A stretch of 62,094 nt of DNA, counting the filler, from Anaerolineae bacterium (GTDB lineage: Bacteria > Chloroflexota > Anaerolineae > Epilineales > Epilineaceae), in NCBI GenBank assembly GCA_029262755.1. It is 6 parts of 6 records of this genome, joined end to end, with 100 filler letters (N's around TTAATTAATTAA, not from the genome) between each part and the next. Parts side by side here need not be neighbours in the genome. Positions count along the whole stretch, not along the records: positions 5,200 to 18,579 come from JAJCYU010000258.1; positions 18,680 to 31,960 come from JAJCYU010000259.1; 4 more parts are not named here. One strand, written 5' to 3'. A program made the position numbers and the translations under genes. A model generated the notes under the pieces. It did no database searches. It worked only from the letters and a program-made list of their open reading frames with translations, and was not told the origin of the DNA. Shown here piece by piece: positions 10,947 through 20,230 of this stretch (positions within the stretch are counted from its first letter, which is position 1; the number at the start of each line of letters is the position of its first letter).

Positions 10947-11762
10947 CTACTGGATGGCGAGCGACATGTCCATGTACTGCGCCATCAAGTTCTCGCCCGG
11001 CCAACCGCGCTGGGTCTTGACCTGCTCGCCGTTGCGATCGAAGAACACGAAGGTCGGCGTGCCGCGCACCGGATAGGAAGCCATGACCGGTTCGCGCTGA
11101 TCGACGTTGACCTTCACGACGGCTACCTCGCCTTCGTACTGGTCGCGCAGTTGATGCACGGTCGGCATGACCTCCTGGCAGACGTGACACCAGTCCGCGT
11201 GGAACATCACCAACGCGGGCGTGCCGAGGCGACCCTCGGCGGCGGCCGAAAGGGCCTCCGGCTCGTGGTCGGAATACGTCACCTGATAGAGGTCCGCGGG
11301 ATCGATCGCGGGCGCTTCCTCGACGGCCGGCGCGATCGCCGCTTGGGCCTGATCGGGCGCACCCGTGTTGCTCGTGTCGTTGCTCATGCCCTCGTCGGTT
11401 GACGCCATGCCGCTCGGGTCCGCGGCACCGTCATCGGCCGAGAGGTTCGTCGCGCCGCTGTTCATGCCACTGCTGCTCATGCCGCCGCTACTCGCATCGG
11501 CTGAACCGTGGCCGCTCGCCATCGTGTTCGCCGTGTCACCGGCCGCCACCGCCGCATCGTTTGCGCCATAGCCCGCGTCGGCGGGGGGGACGTTCGCCTG
11601 GGCCGGTTGTGACGCCGGGGCTGCGGTCTGCGTAGCGCCACCGCTGAACACGCCGCCGAGCCAGAAACCGCCGACGAGCGCCACGGCTGCCAGCAATAAT
11701 CCGGAAACGATCACGATGGGGTTGCTGCCCTTGTTTGCCTTCGTTTGCTGTGTACGGCTCAT
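10947..11762 (-). CDS. Membrane-anchored thioredoxin-family protein
   Basis: N-terminal TM helix, Ala/Ser/Gly-rich linker, FHADWCHVC active site and GTPT cis-Pro motif. Confidence 0.85.
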   Translation of the reverse strand: MSRTQQTKANKGSNPIVIVSGLLLAAVALVGGFWLGGVFSGGATQTAAPASQPAQANVPPADAGYGANDAAVAAGDTANTMASGHGSADASSGGMSSSGMNSGATNLSADDGAADPSGMASTDEGMSNDTSNTGAPDQAQAAIAPAVEEAPAIDPADLYQVTYSDHEPEALSAAAEGRLGTPALVMFHADWCHVCQEVMPTVHQLRDQYEGEVAVVKVNVDQREPVMASYPVRGTPTFVFFDRNGEQVKTQRGWPGENLMAQYMDMSLAIQ

Positions 11763-11980
11763 GATTTCTCGCCTCTTGGTAGTAGGTATCGGCATCGTCG
11801 CCGGCGGCGCGGGGCGCAGCGCAGGCGGCGCGATCTCGTAATCGGACGTGCGCTGAAACACCGCCGGTCCGTCGATCTACGGACCATCGTGGCTACGGTC
11901 CTGTGCGCGGGGCATACGTTACGAACAACAACCATGGCGCCGAAGACAAGCAGACAATTTCGAGCGCGGTCGGAACGCCG

Positions 11981-12010
11981 TTGACGCGAGCGAAACATCC
12001 GTTCTATACT
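11981..12010 (+). promoter_or_regulatory. dinB promoter with overlapping LexA box; probably a leaderless mRNA
   Basis: TTGACG-N18-TATACT. AAAC-ATCC-GTTC (11993-12004) lies in the spacer, and ATG follows the -10 element by 6 nt. Confidence 0.75.
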
Positions 12011-12016
12011 GGGCGC

Positions 12017-13723
12017 ATGCCGCTCGCTCCCCCGATTGTGCATGCAGACGCCTGGCCTCGGGCCGTGCTGCACTGCGACATGGATTCCTTCTATGTCGCG
12101 GTGCATCGTCAGGACCATCCCGAAGACAGCAACGTGCCCCTCGTTGTCGGCGGCTCCGCCGATGGCCGCGGCGTTGTGGCATCGGCGAGCTACGAGGCCC
12201 GCCGCTTCGGCGTGCGCTCCGCGATGCCTACCGCGCGGGCCGTCCGCCTCTGCCCCGGCCTGAAGGTCGTGGGCGCAGATTGGTCGCGGATCAAGGAGAG
12301 CTCGCGCAAGGTCATGGCCGCGCTGGCCGCATTCGGGCCGATCGAGACCATGAGCGTCGACGAAGCCTACGTTGACGTCACGGACGCGCTCGCGGCCTTC
12401 TTGGCGGCGTACCCGCACGCAGGCTCAAGCGGCGACGTCGCTCCGACAGCAGATGTCGATCCGACAACAGATGAGGGCCAAGCGCCCGCGCGCTCAACTC
12501 CCTCGCTCTCGACGGCCGCCGCATCACCGGCCGATGCATCATCGGCAGCCGCGCCCTCCCGTACATCCGAGCCCCCGTCCGCCACGAGGCCTACTACGAC
12601 GTCGACGCGCGCCCCGTCGCCCACGACGCCTGGCGCTCGATCTTCGCCCAACGAGCGCGCCACGTCGCGGCCAACCTCTCGCCCCATCTCCCAACCCACA
12701 TCGCGGCCCACGTCCCGGACCACCGTTCGACCGCCCACCGACGACCCCGCGTGGTTGGCCACTGCGGTCGCGATGGGCGCGTTGCCGGAGAAGGCCATGC
12801 GCGTGGCCAAGCGCAGCCGCCGATCCGCAGACGTGCGCGCCATGCCGGTCACCGCGCCCTTCGATTCCCAGTCCCGGTTCCAATCGCCATCCGCATCCCC
12901 CGCCCCAACCTCATCCCCAACCTCATCCCCCACCCTTTCGTCTGCTAGCCCTACCTCAACCTCCTCCCGCACTACCACGCCCCCCGCATCTCCTACCCTC
13001 GACGTGTCCCCCGCCGTGCGCGCCTTCGCCGAATCCGTACGACAAGCGGTGATCGCGGCAACGGGGCTGCCGGCCTCCGTCGGACTGGCGCCGAACAAGG
13101 GCGTGGCCAAGGTCGCCTCCGATCACGACAAGCCGGAGGGCACCACGGTAGTACCACCGGGCACGGAGGCCGCGTTCCTCGCGCCGATGCCCGTACGCGC
13201 GATCCACGGCGTCGGTCCGCGAACGGCGGAGCGCTTGGGATCACTTGGCATCGAGACCTGTGCGCAGCTCGCCGCGTCGGACCCGGAGTTACTCGCCTCC
13301 GTGTTCGGCAGCCACGGCGAGGGGCTCTGCCGCCGCGCGCTCGGCCGAGACGACCGACCCGTGCACGCGGGGCGCGGTCGCGCGAAGTCGATCTCAGCCG
13401 AGCGGACGTTCCGCCGCGACGTGGCGGACGAGGCCCACTTGCTCGGCAAGGTCGACGAGTTGGCCGAAGAGATCGCGCGCTCGCTCGCCAAGCGCAAGCT
13501 GGAGGCACGGACGGTCGTGGTGAAGTTCCGCTGGGCCGACTTCACGACCTATACCCGTCAGCGAACCACGGAGATCCCCGTCTCCAGCGCAGCGGAGCTC
13601 TCCGAGATGGCCCGCGCAATCTGGCGCGAGCATTGGCCGGCTGGCAAACCCGTACGTCTGGTCGGCGTCGGTACGGCCAAGCTCAGCGAGAAGGACGAGG
13701 GGCAGCTAAAGCTCTGGGGCTAG
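12017..13723 (+). CDS. dinB: DNA polymerase IV (Y-family) with long Ser/Thr/Pro insertion
   Basis: HCDMDSFY, SYEARRFGVRSAM, SVDEAYVD, SVGLAPNKGVAKVASDHDKPEG, IHGVG, KSISAERTF, C-terminal QLKLW clamp-binding-like motif. Confidence 0.92.
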   Translation: MPLAPPIVHADAWPRAVLHCDMDSFYVAVHRQDHPEDSNVPLVVGGSADGRGVVASASYEARRFGVRSAMPTARAVRLCPGLKVVGADWSRIKESSRKVMAALAAFGPIETMSVDEAYVDVTDALAAFLAAYPHAGSSGDVAPTADVDPTTDEGQAPARSTPSLSTAAASPADASSAAAPSRTSEPPSATRPTTTSTRAPSPTTPGARSSPNERATSRPTSRPISQPTSRPTSRTTVRPPTDDPAWLATAVAMGALPEKAMRVAKRSRRSADVRAMPVTAPFDSQSRFQSPSASPAPTSSPTSSPTLSSASPTSTSSRTTTPPASPTLDVSPAVRAFAESVRQAVIAATGLPASVGLAPNKGVAKVASDHDKPEGTTVVPPGTEAAFLAPMPVRAIHGVGPRTAERLGSLGIETCAQLAASDPELLASVFGSHGEGLCRRALGRDDRPVHAGRGRAKSISAERTFRRDVADEAHLLGKVDELAEEIARSLAKRKLEARTVVVKFRWADFTTYTRQRTTEIPVSSAAELSEMARAIWREHWPAGKPVRLVGVGTAKLSEKDEGQLKLWG

Positions 13724-13778
13724 CTGCCCGGCCGGCGGCGCGTTTCAGACTTATCTGACCGGACACGGATGCTCCCTG

Positions 13779-15800
13779 CTAGCGCAGCGCGAAGGGCGCG
13801 AAGATCCGCCGAACCGGTGCCCCCGGCTCCGCGGTCGACGTGACACGCGCCGGCGGCGTGGCGGTCGACGTGCGATCCGGGCGCGGCGTATGGCTCGCCG
13901 ACGGCGCGGACGTGGCGATCGACGTCGCCGTTGCGGTCGTGGTGGCCGTCGACGTTGCCGTCACCGTCGCGACCGCCGTCGCCGGTGTGTCGGGAGTCGA
14001 TGTCGCTGTCGGCGTGGCCGTGGCCGTGGGCGTCTGCGTGGCCGGTGGCGGCGGTGTCCAGGTCGGGCCGTCCACGTTCAGCCACGTGCTTCGCGACGGG
14101 CCCCAGCTGCCGGCCTCGTCCCTGGCGCGAGCGACGACGTACCAGCGGCCGGGACCGATGGTGTCGGTGCGCAAGGTGGCGCTCAAGGCCTCGACGACCG
14201 CGTCGAAGCGGCCGTCGAGGGCGGCCATCGGCCATCCGAGGCCGTGCGTCGCGTTGGAGAGCGGGAGCTCTACCCCTGCGCTCCCGTCCAAACCGCCTTG
14301 TCGGTCGATGAGCACCTCGGCCGCCGCGACGCCCTCCGTGCCGTGGGCCCCGTCGTCGGCCGTGGCGCGAACGCGCAGGCCGGCGCCGCCATCGACGATC
14401 TCCGCAACGAGCTCCGTGATCTCCGGACCGCGGATCCGGGCGTAGGGCTGGTCGCTTAGGTTGGCGGCTAGCTCTAGACCAGGAAGGTTGGCCGCAAGGC
14501 GTCCCGGCAGGGCGGCGCAGTTGGGGAAGAAATCCTCGTCGCGCAGCTCTATGACGTAGCTCGGGATGCCCAGCTCACCGTAGCCCCAATCGCGTGTGTT
14601 GCCGCTGACGGGATAGAGTGCGTATTGCCAGCCGTAGCCCACGCGATCCGCATAGCGGGCCGCGATCGCGGCGAGGCCCTCGTCGTTGGGCGCGCGCTCG
14701 CTCGTCCAGCCCCACGGGACGAGCACGGTACCGCGCGACGTGTAGCTGTGAAGGTTGATCAACAACCCCGTGGTGGATCGCGGAGCGACGTCGGTGGTCG
14801 CGGGCCCGCGTTGGTCGGGGAAGATCGAGCGCGCAAAGTCGTTGTAGGCCTGGGTCTCTGCCTCCGAGGCGGCGCCTTCGCCGCGGTAGGTCTCGTCACA
14901 GGGTTGGCGGCTGTGCCCGGAGGCATCGAATTGGAAGGGATGGTTGCGGTTGAGGTCGACGCCGTATTGCGAGCCGATCGTGGGCGGCCAAGGGCAGCCG
15001 CGGCCCCGCGTGTCGTTGCCGTTCTTGCGCTGATACCACGGCCCTTCGTCATACGGGGGGCGCGTGCCGAGCTCGACGATCCGACGACCGTCCGGGTTGG
15101 TGGCGAGGCCGAGGTAGATCTCCCTGTGATCCAGCAACCAGGTCAGCTCCGGGTCCACCCCGTAGCCCCGCACGAGGTGGGTCGCGAAGGCCTTGATCAT
15201 CTCCGGGCCTTGGACCTCGCGCGCATGCATCCCTGCGTCCACAAGGAGTCGCCCCTGGCTTTGTCCCGCACCGGGATCTTCACCGGGCCCTGAACCGGGC
15301 TGCCCACCCGATCCGCCCTGCGCCGAAATCCGAAGCACGAAGATGTCATCGCCCGGCAGGCGATCGCGATTGGGCGTTACGCAGCCGCCGCGCATCTTGC
15401 ATCCGCTGTCGCCGATGTCGAGCAGGGTCACGAGCTCCGGTCGTTCGCTCGCCAGCTCGCGGGCCCAGGCGAGCAGTTGATCGAGCGTGGATACACAGCG
15501 CGGCCAGCCCGCTTGGAGCGCGGGCGCCGCGCCGAGGACGTCGAAGGGCAGGCCGGCGTCGCGCAACGCGGCGAGCGCTTCGCCCGGCAGCGTGATGCGC
15601 GTCTCGCCCGCCTCGATCTGTTCCGCCGCGCCGGGCAGCCGCGCGGCGACACCGGCCGCGTCCGCCGCGATCGCCTCGTCCAACGCGACACGGACGCGGG
15701 GCGCGCGCTCCTGCGCCCGGACGGGCGGACCCGAAGCGCGCGCCGGCAGCAGGATCGCGGCGGCGAGGACGGCCGGGAGCCAGGCGCGGGCGATTCGCAC
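13779..15800 (-). CDS. Secreted M14 zinc carboxypeptidase with Thr/Pro linker and C-terminal IFAPFALR tail
   Basis: HARE zinc motif, NPDG, GVDLNRN, LHSY, catalytic-Glu region VIEL. Start uncertain (open frame extends to 15902). Confidence 0.85.
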   Translation of the reverse strand: MRIARAWLPAVLAAAILLPARASGPPVRAQERAPRVRVALDEAIAADAAGVAARLPGAAEQIEAGETRITLPGEALAALRDAGLPFDVLGAAPALQAGWPRCVSTLDQLLAWARELASERPELVTLLDIGDSGCKMRGGCVTPNRDRLPGDDIFVLRISAQGGSGGQPGSGPGEDPGAGQSQGRLLVDAGMHAREVQGPEMIKAFATHLVRGYGVDPELTWLLDHREIYLGLATNPDGRRIVELGTRPPYDEGPWYQRKNGNDTRGRGCPWPPTIGSQYGVDLNRNHPFQFDASGHSRQPCDETYRGEGAASEAETQAYNDFARSIFPDQRGPATTDVAPRSTTGLLINLHSYTSRGTVLVPWGWTSERAPNDEGLAAIAARYADRVGYGWQYALYPVSGNTRDWGYGELGIPSYVIELRDEDFFPNCAALPGRLAANLPGLELAANLSDQPYARIRGPEITELVAEIVDGGAGLRVRATADDGAHGTEGVAAAEVLIDRQGGLDGSAGVELPLSNATHGLGWPMAALDGRFDAVVEALSATLRTDTIGPGRWYVVARARDEAGSWGPSRSTWLNVDGPTWTPPPPATQTPTATATPTATSTPDTPATAVATVTATSTATTTATATSIATSAPSASHTPRPDRTSTATPPARVTSTAEPGAPVRRIFAPFALR

Positions 15801-16043
15801 CGCACCCGCGGATCGCGAGGGCCGCGCATCATGACCAATCCTCTGTCCTTCCGTCGAGGTGAATCCCAAATCGATCCCCTTCCATGCACTCGTCGCTAGC
15901 AACGCGGCGTGACGCGACCGTCACGTTCGACCGCCTCACGGGACCCTACACTAGAGCAGGACGGACGCACGACACGAGCCCGTTCGAGATACGCAGTTTT
16001 TCGTGGATGAGGCTCCTCGTCCACCGCCCTTGCCACATTGACC

Positions 16044-16071
16044 GTAACGCCAGACCCCTCAAAACCGATAT
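16044..16071 (+). promoter_or_regulatory. Putative ECF-sigma promoter
   Basis: GTAAC-N17-CGATAT; a second copy, GTAAC-N17-CGTTAT, lies at 16460-16487. Confidence 0.55.
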
Positions 16072-16437
16072 CCCGTTCGCGGCCCGCTGGGCCGCCGCCG
16101 CATGAGCAGCACGCATCAAGCCCCCTGCCCACGACCGACCATATCGGAGCGGTCGCCGGCAGCGTCTACACTTCCGCCTGGCTCTAGACTGCCACGCGCC
16201 GTGAAGCGACGTTGTCGGGGGACCACGTTCCGCGAAGGATCGAGGACGGGGAAGATGACAGCACGGCGACGCATCGGACTGGGTGCCGAAGGTTCGGTCC
16301 ATGATGGACGAACCACCACCGACAGGACCACTGCCCATGTCGCGGACCCCCCATCCGCTCGACCGCGAGCCCAACCCCTTCGCCCGTGCCGGACGCAGAG
16401 AGCGTACGGCGTTTGGCCACGCCGCGGGAGTGCGTGC

Positions 16438-17085
16438 GTGAGCGGCGCTGAGAGCCTCCGTAACGCCCCGGCACGCACTGCCGTTATCGGTTCCGAGCGT
16501 GACAAGGATGGCGAGCGTCTCGACGCCGAACGGCTGCTGGCGCAGAAGGCATCCGGTGGAGACCGGGCCGCGTATGGGCAACTCTACGAGCAATACATCG
16601 ACCGCATCTATCGCTACATCTTCTTCAAAGTGAGCGATCGGTCGACGGCGGAGGACCTAGCAAGCCAGACCTTTATGAAGGCGTGGGACGCCATCGGCGA
16701 CTACGAATGGCGCAATCATCCCTTCGGCGCTTGGCTGTTCCGCATCGCACACAACCTCGTCGTGGATCATCACAGGGCACGCCGCGATCACGTTGCGCTC
16801 GACGACGCGTCACCGCAGTTGGAACGGAAGGCGAGCGGTACGGAGACGCGGCCGGAGAGCGTGTTGGCCGAGATGTTGACCCTGGACCGCGTGCGACACG
16901 CAATCGGACGACTGACCGAAGAGCAGCAACAGGTCTTGGTGCTGCGCTTCTTTGAGGGACTCGACACCAGTGAGGTTGCCGAGCTAATGGGTAAGCGACG
17001 AGGGGCGATTCGCGGATTGCAGTTCCGCGCCCTCTCCGCGTTGCGTGAACTGCTCCACCGTGAGCAGGGGGATTGGACCGAATAG
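16438..17085 (+). CDS. ECF-family RNA polymerase sigma factor
   Basis: Region 2 (AEDLASQTFMKAW, FGAWLFRIAHN) and region 4 (LTEEQQQVLVLRFFEGL...EVAELMGK). GTG start assumed. Confidence 0.92.
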   Translation: MSGAESLRNAPARTAVIGSERDKDGERLDAERLLAQKASGGDRAAYGQLYEQYIDRIYRYIFFKVSDRSTAEDLASQTFMKAWDAIGDYEWRNHPFGAWLFRIAHNLVVDHHRARRDHVALDDASPQLERKASGTETRPESVLAEMLTLDRVRHAIGRLTEEQQQVLVLRFFEGLDTSEVAELMGKRRGAIRGLQFRALSALRELLHREQGDWTE

Positions 17086-17086
17086 C

Positions 17087-18579
17087 GTGAACGAGCAGGC
17101 GTTGAGCCGGGCCTTGGCCGCCCGACTCGAGGAGCACGAGCACGGGCAAGACCCCACGCAGGGGGTGTTGCCGCTTGCGTCCACGGCGGACGCGAGCCTC
17201 GTCGATGCGCTTGCCGATCTCGCCGCCGGACTGGAGGCGCTGCCCAAGCCGCCCGCACCGAGCGCCGCCTTCCGAGGCGCGCTCGCCGAGCGAATCGCCG
17301 GCGCCCCGGCCCCTTCTTCGCTCGCGACTTCGCCCAAACAATCCGCATCGACGTCCCCGTCGACCGCATCCGATCCGACCGTCGGACATCGCGCGGCGCA
17401 GCAGGTCGCGGCGCAGCACCGCGCTGCTTCTCCGTCCGCGGTCGCACCGCCTACGACCCGCGATCTCAGCCGAGCCCTCGACGAGTTTCTCGGCCGGCTT
17501 GCCGCGGGCGAGGCGCCCTGGGTCGCCCGCGATGCGTTGGGTGCCGCGGGCGAAGAGCTCGCGCCGTTGCTCTCGCTCGCCACGGCACTGCGCGATACAC
17601 CTTCGGCGCCGAAGCCGGACCCGGCTTTCCGTGCCGCGCTCGCCGCGCAATTGGCCGACGCACCGCCGCCGCGCAGCCTTGCGACGCCGGCGCGACCCGG
17701 CATGGGCGTGCTCCGCCGCTTGTGGCGCAGCACGGCCTTCACCGCGGCTGCGGCCGCGACGGTATTCCTCTTCGTGGCCGCCGGTGTGACCTATGCCTCG
17801 GCGGATGCGCTGCCCGGGCAGCCGCTCTACCCGGTCAAGCGGACCGCGGAGCGCACGCGCTTGTGGCTCTCCACCGAATCGCAGAGCCTTGCACTGCATA
17901 TCGATTACGCGAATCGGCGACTCTCCGAAGCCCTGTACGCCAGCGAACACGCAGGTGATGCCCTGGCCGACTTCAGCCGCGAGGTCACGGCCGCGTTGGC
18001 GGCGACGGACCGCGCGATGGCCGCCGGCGCCGCGCGCGAACCATTGACCGCTCCGCTCCTGACGTGGCTGCTGGACGCGCGCGAGACCCTCGTTCTACAA
18101 CGCGCTTCGTTGCCGCCCACGGCATGGCGCGTTGCGCTGGCACAGGTCGATGCCGCGATCCACGCGCTGCGCGATGAGCGCCCGCTCGGTCGGCGTCCCG
18201 TCCCCCGTCTCGACGATCCGGTCGCCGTGCTCGCCATGCGCGCCGATGCGACCTTCGATTACCGCTGGGCATACGTGACGCTACCACCCATCGGGACAAA
18301 TTCGGCGCTCGGCGTGATCGGCGGCCTGCCCGGTGACGGCGCAGCCGACGATGGCGCATCCGATGCAACGGGAATCGCCGCCGTAGGCCGAGCCGGACGC
18401 GATGCGAACAGCCTCCGATCCACCGGCGCGCTTGCGCGCAACGGGCTGGGCCCCGGCGGCACGGGCTCGACCCCAGCGGACCCGCCCACGTCGGTCGGCG
18501 CCGCGCCCGGAAACGCAGCGCCTCCCGCACAGCCCGTAGCTCCGCCGGACGACGGCGGCACGGGCGGCGATCCGCCCGC
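17087..18579 (+). CDS. Putative anti-sigma factor, DUF5667-type, 3'-truncated
   Basis: Starts 1 nt after the sigma stop. TM helix followed by ALPGQPLYPVKRTAE; duplicated P..AFR.ALA cytoplasmic motif. Confidence 0.75.
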
Positions 18580-18679
18580 NNNNNNNNNNNNNNNNNNNNN
18601 NNNNNNNNNNNNNNNNNNNNNNNTTAATTAATTAANNNNNNNNNNNNNNNNNNNNNNNNNNNNNNNNNNNNNNNNNNNN
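18580..18679. other. Artificial contig spacer
   Basis: N-TTAATTAATTAA-N. Confidence 0.99.
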
Positions 18680-19495
18680 GTGGGGCTGGCCCACGGCAAG
18701 CTCACCAGCCGCATCGTCACCCGCTACCTCGCCCAACGCGACACGATGGTCCTACCCGCCGGGCGCGAGGTCGTCTTCCTAGGCGGGCTGGCCACGCGCT
18801 ACCTACCGCTCGAGGCCGCCACCCATGAGCAGCTACGGCGCCTCGGACTGGCCAAGATCCGCCAATACGCAGCCCTGCCCGGCGCCGGGATCCTGCCGCG
18901 CTTCGGCTACGAGGGCTTGCGCGCGTGGCGCCTGGCCCACGGCCATGACGACGCGCGGGTACGGCCGTGGCAGGCCGAGCCCGTGCTCGAGGCCGAGCAC
19001 GTCTTCCTGGAGCCCATCGCCAACCACCGCAGCGTGCGCCATCACGTCGAGCGGTTGGTGCGCCAGGTAGCGCGCCCCTTGGCGGCCGCCTTCCAGATGG
19101 CGGGCAGCCTGACCTTGGCCGTCGAGTTTGAGGACGGCGGCACCACCGAGCACGAACGCACCCTGCTCGCGCCGACCGCGGGTTCGGCGAGCTTGATGAG
19201 CCAGGCCGACGGGCTGCTGGCGCAGGTTGCGTGGCGCGCGCCCGTGGAGCGCCTGACGGTCCGCGCGCGCGGCCTATGCCCGACGGTCGGTCGGCAGCTC
19301 TCGCTCTTCCAGGCCGAGGTCGAGGACCGCTTGGAGATCGAATCCGCCCTGCGCGACATCCAGGGGCGTTTCGGCCCGGAAGCCGTACGGGTGGGGCGCG
19401 TCGTGGAGCCGGGCTCCCCGCTGCCCGAACGTCGCGCCTACCTGACGCCCTGGCCCGCGGGGGAGGCCGTGGCCGCCGAGCGGATGGCGCGCTAG
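18680..19495 (+). CDS. Y-family polymerase-like protein (ImuB-like), 5'-truncated
   Basis: Thumb/little-finger-like region (LRRLGLAKIRQYAALP...RFG..G), QLSLF clamp motif and terminal SPLPERR. The catalytic N-terminus is not in view. Confidence 0.75.
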   Translation: MGLAHGKLTSRIVTRYLAQRDTMVLPAGREVVFLGGLATRYLPLEAATHEQLRRLGLAKIRQYAALPGAGILPRFGYEGLRAWRLAHGHDDARVRPWQAEPVLEAEHVFLEPIANHRSVRHHVERLVRQVARPLAAAFQMAGSLTLAVEFEDGGTTEHERTLLAPTAGSASLMSQADGLLAQVAWRAPVERLTVRARGLCPTVGRQLSLFQAEVEDRLEIESALRDIQGRFGPEAVRVGRVVEPGSPLPERRAYLTPWPAGEAVAAERMAR

Positions 19496-19561
19496 CCCGC
19501 CTCGTGGTCACGCGGCCGCAGGATCCACCGTACCGCCACGCATCACATCACCTCGCACTAT

Positions 19562-19606
19562 CGCCAAACACCGTGCCGCGAAACACCGTGCCGCCAAACA
19601 ACGTGC
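19562..19606 (+). repeat. 3 x 15-bp intergenic tandem repeat
   Basis: cgccaaacaccgtgc / cgcgaaacaccgtgc / cgccaaacaacgtgc. Confidence 0.85.
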
Positions 19607-19662
19607 TGCGCTACGAGTCCCTCATTCGACCCGCCCCCCACCGACACCAGGAGATCCGTTCC

Positions 19663-19920
19663 ATGCGTCACTATCCCCAAGGCGAACCCATCCGTGTTCG
19701 CTCGCGTGGGGATGGACGGCCGCTGGCCTTTGCCTGGCACGGGGAGACCCACCAGGTCGACTCCGTGGAGGATGTCCGCGAGCCACGCGTGGATTGGTGG
19801 GCCCCCACGGGCGAGATCCACCGCGTCTACTGGCTGGTGATCACCCATCGCGGCCTCGTGTGTGAGATCTACCGCGACGTGGCCGACAACGGATGGTACC
19901 TGGGCAGGCGCTGGGACTGA
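19663..19920 (+). CDS. Small protein of mutagenesis cassettes (DUF6504-like)
   Basis: AGGAG RBS; P.AFAWHG..HQV...DWW...R.YW.V...EIYRD...GWYL pattern; directly follows the ImuB-like gene. Confidence 0.75.
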   Translation: MRHYPQGEPIRVRSRGDGRPLAFAWHGETHQVDSVEDVREPRVDWWAPTGEIHRVYWLVITHRGLVCEIYRDVADNGWYLGRRWD

Positions 19921-20002
19921 GGGCGCACCCTAACGCGGGAGCGGAGCCGTCCTTCGCACCAGGTTATCGATCGGACGTGGTGATTACAGGCATCGAGACA
20001 CC

Positions 20003-20057
20003 AAACAAAAAAACAGCACGACCGCCGACGGATCGAGAGACCCGACGGCGGTCGTGT
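20003..20057 (-). terminator. Intrinsic terminator on the minus strand
   Basis: cacgaccgccg...cggcggtcgtg stem followed on the minus strand by a T-rich tract. Confidence 0.75.
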
Positions 20058-20230
20058 GTAGCAATTGCAAAGGCCCATTTGGCTAGACCGACGTCGGCCG
20101 CAAGACCGACTAGGAGATGGTAAGGCAGGGCAAGATAGGCACGCCGGTGCAGGCGGGTACGTGCGCAGACGATGCCAAGCCGTGCTGTGCGACCGGAGCC
20201 ACGAACAGCCGCCCCACCCACCTCATGGCG

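Noticed and set aside
12410..13005. DinB insertion as an intein
   Set aside because: Low complexity, with no recognisable splicing blocks, His-Asn terminus or endonuclease motifs.
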